The position numbers and the translations under genes are program-made. 64,000 nucleotides of DNA from Nitrospinaceae bacterium (GTDB taxonomy: Bacteria; Nitrospinota_A; UBA7883; JAJDBK01): the NCBI GenBank assembly GCA_029261405.1, contig JAJDBK010000076.1:132-64131 (forward strand), written 5' to 3'. The notes beneath the pieces are model-generated. The model saw only the letters and a list, made by a program, of their open reading frames with translations. It was not told the DNA's origin and did not search any database. Every line of letters starts with the position of its first letter. Positions within the stretch are counted from its first letter, which is position 1. Below are positions 55,417 through 64,000 of this stretch, in pieces.

Positions 55417-56384
55417 GACGAGCAGAAGAACTGCTTTTAGCATTGTCACTGGGGAAGGATCATGACGCTCTAATAAACCCTCTGCAAGGGGACGCAAGTT
55501 CCCGGTCGTATCTCCACGCCCGCTTTAATGATGAAGTCATGGTGGTCATGAAATGCCCCGAAACAGGCTCGGTCGATCTTTTCGCCGAAATGACCGGAAT
55601 CATGCGCTCCCTCGGCGCCGACACTCCAACAATATACGCTCGTAATGGTCGTTATATGGCACTGGAGGATTGCGGTGACGATCTGTTACAAAAGTATGTC
55701 TCGGTGATGAACGACGATGCGATTTCCGATATTTACCAAAAGGTGATCGACGACCTGATACGATTCCAGGCGCAAACAAAGTCGTTAACCAAAAGAGAGT
55801 CCGACTGTTTTGCCCTTGCGCTCGATATAAAGAAACTTTCATTTGAGACAAGCTTTACCCTGGAGCATTTTATCGAAGGTTTTTTAAGGGTAACCTTGAC
55901 TGACAGTGAGAGAGAAACGCTCGACTCAGAGTGGACGAAGGTTGTCCATGAGCTTGCATTGAAGGTAGAAACCCTTTGCCACAGAGACTTTCACTCCCGT
56001 AACATCCTGTGTCATAAAGGCAGACGGGTCTGGATAGATTATCAGGACGCTCGCATGGGTCGCATGACATACGACCTCGCCTCCCTGCTCGAAGATCCCT
56101 ATGTCGATCTGCCCGTAGCGTTACGCGAGGAGTTTTGCGAATATTATTTCATCGAAGCTGGCAAGGCGGGATTAGCCTTGTGGAACCGGGACGAATTCGG
56201 GCGACTCTACAGATTTTCGGCCATGCAACGAATATACAAAGCTCTCGGCACGTTCGGTTACCAGGCCAACAGCCTGAACGTCAATACATACATTCCGTTT
56301 ATGGCGCCTGCCATGAGAACACTTTTGAGGCTGACCACCGATCCTCTCACTCCTCTTCTGGAGCGTTTCGCTTCACGTCTGTAA
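55413..56384 (+). CDS. protein-kinase-like fold phosphotransferase (APH/ChoK family), possible LPS-core or sugar kinase
   Basis: Catalytic loop LCHRDFHSRNIL and WIDYQDARMG (Brenner/APH motif). There is a 4-nt overlap with waaA. Confidence 0.55.
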   Translation: MRRAEELLLALSLGKDHDALINPLQGDASSRSYLHARFNDEVMVVMKCPETGSVDLFAEMTGIMRSLGADTPTIYARNGRYMALEDCGDDLLQKYVSVMNDDAISDIYQKVIDDLIRFQAQTKSLTKRESDCFALALDIKKLSFETSFTLEHFIEGFLRVTLTDSERETLDSEWTKVVHELALKVETLCHRDFHSRNILCHKGRRVWIDYQDARMGRMTYDLASLLEDPYVDLPVALREEFCEYYFIEAGKAGLALWNRDEFGRLYRFSAMQRIYKALGTFGYQANSLNVNTYIPFMAPAMRTLLRLTTDPLTPLLERFASRL

Positions 56385-58193
56385 GCCGGGATGCTCCCTT
56401 ATGGCGGCCAGAAACCGCTCTCCATACCGCTCCAGCTTTGCTTTCCCCACCCCTTTGACATCAGCGAGCTCTTCGATAGAGCGAGGTTTGATAGAGGCCA
56501 TCTCCATCAGCGCCGTGTCGTGGAATACCACGAATGGGGGGAGAGATTTTTCCTCCGCAATCTCTCTGCGAAGTATGCGAAGGGACTGGAAAAGCGGATC
56601 GTCATAATCACCCGACACTCCCTTGACGGAACGGGGTCTCGGGGTTTTGCCGGTTTTCTTTTCGGGCTGGAGAAGCGCGGGAGTGACGTTTCCTTTCAGA
56701 ACTTTTCGCCCGTCAGCGGTAACCTGCAAAACCGCATACTCCCCTACCCTCGCAAGAAACCCTTGCGAAACGAGGTTTTCAATCCAACCTCGCACGACCT
56801 GCTTTGTATAACCTTTAAGAAGACCATAAACACTAAGGCTGTTGTGGTTATTGGCCAGTATCCGCTTGTCTTTGCTACCGAGCAGTACCGAGGCTGTGTA
56901 GTCAGCGCCGAACCTCTCATTTATTCGCACCACACAAGAGAGAATTTTTTGTGAAAGCACAAGGGAGTCCTCCACACTTGCAAGCTCGCCCAAGCAAACA
57001 TCACAAGCGTCGCAACTTTTCTGTTCCAGCGCCTGCCCGAAATAACTGCTTATATACCTGTGTCTGCAATCGACCCCGGTCATGTAGTTGTAGATTTCGT
57101 TTAATTTTTCGAGGGAGGTCTCGCTTGCGACATCCTCCGAGCCTGTGATAATGCTTTTCCAGAGTCCGTAATCGCTCCCGGAATAGAAGAGTTTGCAATC
57201 GGCCGGAAGCCCGTCCCTGCCAGCCCTGCCACTCTCTTGCTGATAATTCTCCAGCGACTTCGGCCCGGCGGCGTGGATGACGTAGCGCACGTTCGATTTG
57301 TCGATACCCATGCCGAAAGCGATTGTGGCGATCACGATATCGACTTTTTCCTTCACAAAATCGTCCTGGCTCTTTTTTCTCTGATCGGCAGTCATGCCTG
57401 CGTGGTACGGCGCCACGCTATAGCCGAGTCCCTTCAACCTGATAACCATATCGTCCACATCGGTTCTGCGAATGCAATATATGATTCCCGATTCGTCTTT
57501 GTGCGTGTCGATAACCGAACGGACCTGCTCGATTATGTTCCCCCTCCGCGCAACGCTGTAAATCAGGTTTGCGCGATCAAAAGAACCGATGACGGTTTCG
57601 GGATTTTTCAGTCGTAGCTGGACGTTGATATCCTCCCGGACATGCTCCGTGGCGGTGGCCGTATAAGCTCCCATGGCGACACCCGGGAACGCTTCGCGTA
57701 AAACTCCAAGCTGTCTGTACTCTGGCCTGAAATCGTGTCCCCACGCCGATACGCAGTGAGCCTCGTCCACTGCGATAAACGATATCGTGGCTCTTTCGGA
57801 TCGGAGGAAGTCGATAAACCCGTTGGAGGCTATCCGTTCTGGAGAGACGTATAGCAGTTTTAACCGGTTCTCCCGTATCGCCGACCTGATCTCTATCTTC
57901 TCCGATGAAGAGCTGGCCGATGTCAGGGCGGCTGATGCGACACCACATTCAGTCAGGCCATCGACCTGATCTTTCATCAGCGATATCAGTGGAGATATTA
58001 CAAGGGCAAAACCGGGCAGGACAAGGGCTGGCGCCTGGTAGCAGATCGATTTGCCGCCACCTGTGGGAAGCACGACAGTGCAGTCACGCCCATCGAGGAT
58101 CAGTTCAACAGCTTTTTCCTGTAGTTCAAAAAAAGAGTCGTATCCCCAATGTTTTTTCAGCGCGTCCTGGGCGGCTTTCAGGGCCGGGTTCAT
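56373..58193 (-). CDS. recQ: ATP-dependent DNA helicase RecQ
   Basis: FRPGQ-like LQEKAVELILDGRDCTVVLPTGGGKSICYQ, DEAH box (FIAVDEAHCVSAWGHDFR), RQC and a C-terminal HRDC region. Confidence 0.9.
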   Translation of the reverse strand: MNPALKAAQDALKKHWGYDSFFELQEKAVELILDGRDCTVVLPTGGGKSICYQAPALVLPGFALVISPLISLMKDQVDGLTECGVASAALTSASSSSEKIEIRSAIRENRLKLLYVSPERIASNGFIDFLRSERATISFIAVDEAHCVSAWGHDFRPEYRQLGVLREAFPGVAMGAYTATATEHVREDINVQLRLKNPETVIGSFDRANLIYSVARRGNIIEQVRSVIDTHKDESGIIYCIRRTDVDDMVIRLKGLGYSVAPYHAGMTADQRKKSQDDFVKEKVDIVIATIAFGMGIDKSNVRYVIHAAGPKSLENYQQESGRAGRDGLPADCKLFYSGSDYGLWKSIITGSEDVASETSLEKLNEIYNYMTGVDCRHRYISSYFGQALEQKSCDACDVCLGELASVEDSLVLSQKILSCVVRINERFGADYTASVLLGSKDKRILANNHNSLSVYGLLKGYTKQVVRGWIENLVSQGFLARVGEYAVLQVTADGRKVLKGNVTPALLQPEKKTGKTPRPRSVKGVSGDYDDPLFQSLRILRREIAEEKSLPPFVVFHDTALMEMASIKPRSIEELADVKGVGKAKLERYGERFLAAIREHPGLQT

Positions 58194-58291
58194 TTGGGGG
58201 TATAGCTACCGGAGAGGATGTTCGTTAAGGATAAGCGGCTAAAAGATATCAGGTTCACTCTCACACAGTCACAACGGGAGTGACGGCGGTT

Positions 58292-58633
58292 TTAAGACTT
58301 GACCGCCTCGAATCCTTCTTCTTCCGTTTTGACAACCTTGATTTTGGAATCGAGTCGAGTAAACGAAAAGAGTTCCGCCAAGTCTTCAGATAGGTTCGAG
58401 ATAACCAGAATGCCTTTGGCCTCCTTTGCCCGCTTCGCCGCCAGGGCCAGCCTGCCGAGGCCAGAGCTGTTGATGAAGTTTACTTCCTTGAAGTTCAGGA
58501 TTATTTTGACCTTCCCCTCTTCAAGAGTCTCGTCGATAGTCTTCTTGAATGCGGAATAGTCGTCGTTTGTTCTGATGTTGCCGATAACCTCGACAACCCG
58601 AACTCCGTCTTCGTCTCTATATACTACTCTCAA
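58292..58633 (-). CDS. STAS-domain protein (anti-sigma-factor antagonist-like)
   Basis: 113 aa with KIILNFKEVNFINSSGLGRLAL. A conserved Ser in the SSGLG motif is typical of SpoIIAA/RsbV. Confidence 0.7.
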   Translation of the reverse strand: MRVVYRDEDGVRVVEVIGNIRTNDDYSAFKKTIDETLEEGKVKIILNFKEVNFINSSGLGRLALAAKRAKEAKGILVISNLSEDLAELFSFTRLDSKIKVVKTEEEGFEAVKS

Positions 58634-58763
58634 TGCGATACGCCTTCGTAAATACCGGTGTTTATGTTGAGAACAGAAATTATACGCTTAAAACTTAAAC
58701 TTGAGGCATTATACTGGATCAAGGCTCTTTGTCCAATACCCCAATTTAGCCCCTGTAACTTTT

Positions 58764-59597
58764 TCAGTTTTCCGTTGCCGTAATCTTCGATTTCACCAGG
58801 CCGAAAGAAGCCACCTTTTCATCTTCGCTGTATTCAAAAGAGTCTGCGTAATACATGGCGACCATAAGGCTTACACCTTTTGGTGAGTTGATATCCGAAT
58901 CGCTGAACGATCCCGGGATTTCGCTTTTGTGAAAAGATCTTACCGGTGATTTGATAGAAATATTGATCTCTTCACGTGTCATCCCCGCTTCGACAACGAT
59001 CATATCCTCTACGTTAGCCTCCTTTGAACAGTTCACAGCCTTCATCAGGAGTTCGTCCAGGATGAACGGGATCCGCGCAAGACAGGTATGGCTGTCGTAG
59101 CCGAGGCTCTGGGCCGTGCTGAAGATATGGCGGACTACGGCTTCAGCCTTCTCCTCGGAAGGAGCGATGGAAGTAGAGAGATCGTACTGTACAGAGTCAA
59201 CATCTTCAGCGTCACTCTTCCTCAAGAGGAAGTTAAGTCTCAGCCCCTTCTTTACAACATTCACAAGCGTTGAAGTTTCAAAGGGTTTGGTGACAAAGAA
59301 AAAAGCCCCTCTTGCAAGGGCTTCGACAGCCAAATCGAAGGTACCGTATCCCGTAATAATAATAACAGGAATACCCGGCTGGATTTCGTGGACCTGCTTT
59401 ATCAGATCGAGTCCGTTCATTCCTGGCATTCTGATGTCGGTAATCACGAGATCGACGGAATTCTCATGCAGTTGCATAAGCCCTTCCATGGCGTCTCCGG
59501 CTGTAATCGCCTTGTAGCCGCTTTTTTCGAGGATTCGGCTGACGATTTTCCTGATATCCTTTTCGTCATCTACAACCAGTACGGTTTTTGCGTTCAT
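58764..59597 (-). CDS. response regulator receiver fused to a C-terminal RsbW/HATPase_c_2-like (anti-sigma kinase-like) domain
   Basis: Receiver is TVLVVDDEKDIRK...DLVITDIRMPGMNG. The C-terminal ~140 aa have a weak N-box-like LDELLMKAVNCSKEA. The second-domain assignment is tentative. Confidence 0.7.
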   Translation of the reverse strand: MNAKTVLVVDDEKDIRKIVSRILEKSGYKAITAGDAMEGLMQLHENSVDLVITDIRMPGMNGLDLIKQVHEIQPGIPVIIITGYGTFDLAVEALARGAFFFVTKPFETSTLVNVVKKGLRLNFLLRKSDAEDVDSVQYDLSTSIAPSEEKAEAVVRHIFSTAQSLGYDSHTCLARIPFILDELLMKAVNCSKEANVEDMIVVEAGMTREEINISIKSPVRSFHKSEIPGSFSDSDINSPKGVSLMVAMYYADSFEYSEDEKVASFGLVKSKITATEN

Positions 59598-59932
59598 TTT
59601 CTACTTCCACACCGCATGCAATGGAAGAACGGACATGGGGCTATACTCCGAGTACTGCCGAAAAGGCGCTGACAACGATCTCAAGACAACCAAAACGCAC
59701 ACATCCTTCTCCTGAATTGACACCACCATATTAACACCATGTTACAGAATTGCCCCATTTAATTCACCCGACATTCAAAGATTGATGGACCGCCACAACC
59801 GACACTTCGAAGTTTCCCACAAAATCAAAAAAATTTGATTAAGTAGTAAAATGAATCACATCAAGCGGCGCCTTGTGATAAAATCCGGGTGTACAGGTAG
59901 ATCACATTAACGGTTATGTTGGGAAATTCACA

Positions 59933-62728
59933 TTGACCGACCACGAATATCAAGAGCTTCTTGAAACTCTGGACGAGATCGTCTCGCTTACCGGGGCGCT
60001 TACCGCCGATCTTACCGACAAGAAGACCATCTCCGATATCATGCTGGCGATGGAAAAAATCATACCTCCTTTAAACGAGAGGGTCGCGCCAAAGGTTACC
60101 CGCCTGGGGGTCGCGTTAGCTTCCCTCTACGAAAAGTTCCTGATGGAAACCGTAGCCAACGGCGAGCCTGGCCTGGAGCAAACTGTTGCGGGGATAGCTG
60201 TAATAAGGAGAGCTCTCACAAAAGAGGGTTCCCCCACTGAACTTGACAGTTCAGCAGACACCGCTGTTTCTGTTATCTCTTCTGAATACGGGATAGAAAC
60301 GCCACCGGCGGAACCCTCCACAGACATTGCAACCGATACGGTCGATCCTGTTGTCGCGATGGATTCATCATCCGATGAGACCGAAGAGTTGGCGAATGAT
60401 GAGGAGGAGGACGACTTCTTCGTCGGCATGACTTATGAGCCAAAGGAGCCGCATCCGGAATTTGAGAAAGCTGACGAACCGGCCCAGAACGAATCTATTT
60501 TGAAGATTTCGGCCATAGCTTCCAATATCACCATGCTTGACCCGGAGATGACCGACAAGAAACTGGTGTCTGACCTGGTTATCGGTTTCGATAATCTCGT
60601 AAAGGATTTCACGGAAAAAAAACTTCCCCACAGTCTGATTTTACTTTGCAAAGGGCTTTCCGGGGTTTTCGAAAAAAGCCTGATGGCGGGACTAGACGAT
60701 GGTGAGCTTGCGGTTAAACTCACGGGCGACGGGGTGCGAATCCTCGACGCGTTCTTCGAGGATATTGAGGATAAAGAGGCGATCCTCGGCAGAGCGGACG
60801 ACCTGACGGGCTTCTTTGTCGCTGACCTGGGTATTGAAATTGAGGACGAACAGCAAAAGAGAGAGGCGCCGCAAGAAGCGGAGCCTGAGGATGAAGGCTC
60901 CCACCCCAAAATAGTCTCAATTCCCATCGCTTCGGACGACGACCTTCTTCTCTATTCCGAATTCGTCAGCGAAACATCCGACATGACTGTCGCCATGGAG
61001 GAGGGACTGCTTGAACTGGAGGAGAACCCCGAGGACGAGAATGTTATCAACACGATTTTCAGGGCATTCCACAGCCTCAAGGGAGCCGCTGGTTTCCTCG
61101 GCCTGAACACAGTCAACGTTCTGTGCCACGAGTGCGAAAACCTGTTGGACAAACTGAGGAAGAAAACACTCGACCTCAACCAGGAAATGATTGATGTCTT
61201 CCTGAAGTCAGTCGACGTTATCAAGGCGATAAACGAAGAGCTGGATGAGTCGTGTACCCAGGCGAAAAGCCAGACACCAAACACCCAGATCGAAACTACG
61301 CGCTTCAAGATAAGCGATCTGTTGTCCACAATTTCCAATCTTGTCGAAGGCAAGCGGGATGACGACTCTGAAGGTGAAGAGGCGGATGAGACGGAGATGC
61401 TCGGAGACATCCTCCTCAAGAAACGACTGATTTCGGAAGGTCAGCTCAAGCAGGCTCTGGAAAACCAGAAACCTGTCGGTAAAATCCTTGTGGAGATGGG
61501 TGTCCTCGAAGAAAAGGTTGTCGATGACGCTTTAAGAGAACAGTCGCAGAAAAGGACCAAGAAAAAAGCGGTAGCCGCCCTGAAGGTGGATACCGAGAAG
61601 CTCGATAGCCTCCTGGAACTGGTTGGTGAACTGGTAATTTCCCAGTCGATCGTAGCTCAGGACAGCGTTCTTGGCGACGACCTGAACAAGGGTCTACAGA
61701 AAAACCTCTCCAGCATGGGGAAGATCACAAAGAACATCCAGGATCATGTTATGAACCTGCGCATGATTCCTATCAAGCAGACTTTCCAGAAGATGAGCAG
61801 ACTTGTCCGGGATCTTTCAAAAAAGATGGAAAAACCGGTCACCCTCCACCTCTCAGGGGAAGAGACTGAAATCGACAAAACCCTTGTAGAGGAGTTGAGC
61901 GATCCGCTGGTTCACCTGATGCGAAATGCGCTCGACCACGGTCTGGAGCCTCAGGCCGACAGAATCGACGCAGGCAAGTCACCCACCGGCAACGTATGGC
62001 TATCGGCCTACCACAAGGGGGGTAACGTCTATATTGAGGTCACCGATGACGGGCGAGGGTTAAACAGGGACAGGATCCATGAAAAAGCTGTCGAAAAAGG
62101 ATTGATTGACCCAGACCACGATCTTTCCGAGCACGAGATTTACAACCTCATCCTGGAGCCTGGATTCTCTACGGCTCAGGTGGTTACCGATGTATCGGGA
62201 CGTGGTGTCGGCATGGATGTTGTTCGCTCGAACATTGACAGGCTCGGAGGCAGAATAGAGATAAACTCCACACCCGGCAAAGGGAGTACCATGGCGGTAA
62301 AGCTACCACTGACCATGGCTATTGTGGACGGTATGATAGTGAGGATCGGTGATGAAAGGTTTATAATACCAACGATTTCGATCCGGGAATCGATCCGTCC
62401 CAAAAAAGACGAGATCAGCACGGTAAGAAACCAGGGTGAACTGATAAATATCAGGGGCAGGCTGTTGCCGCTGGTCCGACTGGTCGAAAAACTTAACGTC
62501 GAAGACGCCGAATGCCTGAATCCGTGGGAAGGACTTGTTATAATAGTCGAGAGCGACGACAAGGAGTATGGTCTCATGGTCGATGACCTTCTTGGCCAGC
62601 AGCAGGTGGTAATAAAAAGCCTGGGCAAGAGGTTCAAGGGACTGGCTGGCATATCGGGCGGCACAATTCTGGGCGACGGTCGGGTCGGACTGATTCTGGA
62701 CGTGGCCGGCGTTGTGGAGATGAACTAA
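59933..62728 (+). CDS. cheA: chemotaxis histidine kinase CheA with a ~350 aa N-terminal extension containing an internal tandem duplication
   Basis: Hpt (FRAFHSLKGAAGFLGL), dimerisation, HATPase (DDGRGLN, GRGVGMDVV) and C-terminal CheW domain. TTG start at 59933 is uncertain. Confidence 0.8.
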   Translation: MTDHEYQELLETLDEIVSLTGALTADLTDKKTISDIMLAMEKIIPPLNERVAPKVTRLGVALASLYEKFLMETVANGEPGLEQTVAGIAVIRRALTKEGSPTELDSSADTAVSVISSEYGIETPPAEPSTDIATDTVDPVVAMDSSSDETEELANDEEEDDFFVGMTYEPKEPHPEFEKADEPAQNESILKISAIASNITMLDPEMTDKKLVSDLVIGFDNLVKDFTEKKLPHSLILLCKGLSGVFEKSLMAGLDDGELAVKLTGDGVRILDAFFEDIEDKEAILGRADDLTGFFVADLGIEIEDEQQKREAPQEAEPEDEGSHPKIVSIPIASDDDLLLYSEFVSETSDMTVAMEEGLLELEENPEDENVINTIFRAFHSLKGAAGFLGLNTVNVLCHECENLLDKLRKKTLDLNQEMIDVFLKSVDVIKAINEELDESCTQAKSQTPNTQIETTRFKISDLLSTISNLVEGKRDDDSEGEEADETEMLGDILLKKRLISEGQLKQALENQKPVGKILVEMGVLEEKVVDDALREQSQKRTKKKAVAALKVDTEKLDSLLELVGELVISQSIVAQDSVLGDDLNKGLQKNLSSMGKITKNIQDHVMNLRMIPIKQTFQKMSRLVRDLSKKMEKPVTLHLSGEETEIDKTLVEELSDPLVHLMRNALDHGLEPQADRIDAGKSPTGNVWLSAYHKGGNVYIEVTDDGRGLNRDRIHEKAVEKGLIDPDHDLSEHEIYNLILEPGFSTAQVVTDVSGRGVGMDVVRSNIDRLGGRIEINSTPGKGSTMAVKLPLTMAIVDGMIVRIGDERFIIPTISIRESIRPKKDEISTVRNQGELINIRGRLLPLVRLVEKLNVEDAECLNPWEGLVIIVESDDKEYGLMVDDLLGQQQVVIKSLGKRFKGLAGISGGTILGDGRVGLILDVAGVVEMN

Positions 62729-62758
62729 GGCGTCAAGACATTATAGGAATTCTGATTA

Positions 62759-63181
62759 ATGGCTGTTAACATTCTGGTCGTGGACGACGAAGAAGGGATC
62801 CGCGGCTCCATCAATTCGTATCTGAGGCTTAACGACTACCGTACAGATGTAGCTTGCAACGGCGTCGAAGCTGTGCGGAAGGTGCGCAACGAGAAGTACA
62901 ATATTATACTTCTTGACATTAATATGCCGGAGATGGATGGACTTGAGACGCTTCAGGTCATCAAGAGCATCGACTTTTCGATACAGGTTATCATGATGAC
63001 CGCCTATTCAACCTTTGACAAAACCATGAAATCACTCGAGTACGGGGCCAACGACTACATCCTGAAACCGTTTGGGGACCTCTCCGAGATCCTTGACCTT
63101 GTACGCATGTCAGAAGAGCGCCTCGACCGCTGGAAACGGAACATGTCCGCGTCCATCGTCAGACAGAAAGAGGATGAATGA
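62759..63181 (+). CDS. cheY: CheY-like single-domain response regulator
   Basis: ILVVDDEEGIR...IILLDINMPEMDG...KPF, 140 aa. Confidence 0.8.
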   Translation: MAVNILVVDDEEGIRGSINSYLRLNDYRTDVACNGVEAVRKVRNEKYNIILLDINMPEMDGLETLQVIKSIDFSIQVIMMTAYSTFDKTMKSLEYGANDYILKPFGDLSEILDLVRMSEERLDRWKRNMSASIVRQKEDE

Positions 63182-63199
63182 AGAAACCATTAAGGAGCT

Positions 63200-63724
63200 G
63201 TGAGTAAGATGACCGTAGAAAACGCTTCAGCGAATAGCGCCGCCCCCACAGGCGCAAAGACCATTGGCTCCCTGGATGGGAAATACCTTACGTTTGTACT
63301 GGGGGAAGAGGAGTACGGGCTGGAAATCCTGAAAGTCCGGGAGATCATCGGGCTGATGGAAATCACCAGTGTCCCCCAGACTCCCGACTTTATAAAGGGA
63401 GTTATCAACCTCCGGGGAAAAGTGATACCCGTCATTGACCTGAGGCTGAAATTCGGCATGGCTGAGGTGGAGCCGACCGAAGAGACATGCGTTATCGTTG
63501 TGGATATAGTAGGATCGATGATGGGCATTCTTGTAGATACCGTATCTGAAGTTCTCGATATTGGCGCCAACCAGATCGAACCGCCCCCATCATTCGGAAG
63601 CAAAGTGGACGCGGATTTTATAATGGGGATGGGCAAGATCAAGGATAAGGTAAAAATCCTGCTCGATATCGACCGGGTTCTCTCCACTGAAGAACTGTTG
63701 CGTATAACCGGCGCCACAGGATAG
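63200..63724 (+). CDS. cheW: chemotaxis coupling protein CheW
   Basis: KYLTFVLGEEEYGLEILKVREII...VINLRGKVIPVIDLR. GTG start at 63200 follows AGGAG. An ATG at 63209 is an alternative. Confidence 0.8.
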   Translation: MSKMTVENASANSAAPTGAKTIGSLDGKYLTFVLGEEEYGLEILKVREIIGLMEITSVPQTPDFIKGVINLRGKVIPVIDLRLKFGMAEVEPTEETCVIVVDIVGSMMGILVDTVSEVLDIGANQIEPPPSFGSKVDADFIMGMGKIKDKVKILLDIDRVLSTEELLRITGATG

Positions 63725-63857
63725 TTGTCCAACTACAACCGTTTCGTGGCAACGAGGCTTAATCAATGTCGGCTTCCCATAACATCGCTGAAGCCGAATC
63801 TATTGCTCCTCTTATTACCGGAAAACAAGGCGATTGATTACAGGGAAATTTGATTAA

Positions 63858-64000
63858 GTGAGTTCAAAACATATATTTCGCGCTCCCGTTGAACTGAAGC
63901 AACGGGAGTTCGAGATGTTTCGACAACTCATTTTCGAGAAGAGCGGAATTACACTCCACGATGGCAAGAAGGAGCTTGTCCGGACGAGACTCGGTAGCCG
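63858..64000 (+). CDS. cheR: chemotaxis methyltransferase CheR, N-terminal fragment (truncated by window end)
   Basis: In-frame from GTG 63858: VSSKHIFRAPVELKQREFEMFRQLIFEKSGITLHDGKKELVRTRLGS. This matches the CheR N-terminal signalling-helix motif (EFE.FR.LI.E.SGI.L...K..LV..RL). It is not in the ORF track because it runs off the window. Confidence 0.6.
   Translation, partial: MSSKHIFRAPVELKQREFEMFRQLIFEKSGITLHDGKKELVRTRLGS

Noticed and set aside
60433-61419. Several minus-strand ORFs antisense to cheA2 (Ser-rich products)
   Set aside because: They are antisense to a canonical CheA, low-complexity, and have no RBS context.

Overview
This is a dense, roughly 64 kb chromosomal segment of a Gram-negative bacterium with about 55 protein-coding genes. 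There are no rRNA genes, CRISPR arrays, intact IS elements or prophage genes, and I could not recognise any tRNA gene by eye. The gene content suggests an anaerobic or microaerophilic lifestyle, but the organism cannot be assigned from sequence alone. Supporting features are Kdo transferase, LpoA-like and TolC-like envelope genes, hemerythrins, a membrane decaheme cytochrome c, selenocysteine-containing SelD and a Moco biosynthesis cluster.

Functional blocks, in order:
- Glycogen and glycosyltransferase genes (glgC, two GT2).
- trpBA.
- aguAB (agmatine to putrescine).
- An M48 peptidase with a LysM domain and a standalone hemerythrin.
- Chemotaxis operon 1 on the minus strand: a cheA with a receiver domain and extra CheW domains, cheW, a hemerythrin-MCP, cheB, cheR and an HDOD protein.
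- An EPS priming sugar transferase followed by a decayed C5 cytosine methyltransferase remnant.
- A Rieske-fused glutamate-synthase-family protein, divergent from an NhaP-type antiporter with an RCK domain.
- A four-gene plus-strand block: GAF-PAS histidine kinase, a small Cys-rich protein, a membrane decaheme cytochrome c and a hybrid histidine kinase.
- A minus-strand three-gene operon that I consider the most unusual thing here. It encodes a GspE/PilB-family ATPase carrying both an MshEN-like N-domain and a C-terminal cNMP-binding domain, a TolC-like outer-membrane factor and an ATP-grasp enzyme. No other secretion or pilus components accompany it, and a sigma54 enhancer-binding protein gene is divergent from it.
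- LpoA-like and LpoB-like-fold lipoproteins.
- moaC-mobB divergent from moaD-moaE-moeA, then yebC-ruvC-ruvA.
- An LPS/glycosyltransferase block (GT39-like, two GT4, DUF2062, DUF374, waaA, kinase) with an embedded CheX-like gene and selD.
- recQ.
- A STAS plus receiver module and a second chemotaxis cluster (cheA2 with a duplicated N-terminal domain, cheY, cheW, and a cheR truncated by the window end).

The supplied ORF track splits selD because of an in-frame TGA that aligns with the catalytic Cys/Sec position of SelD.
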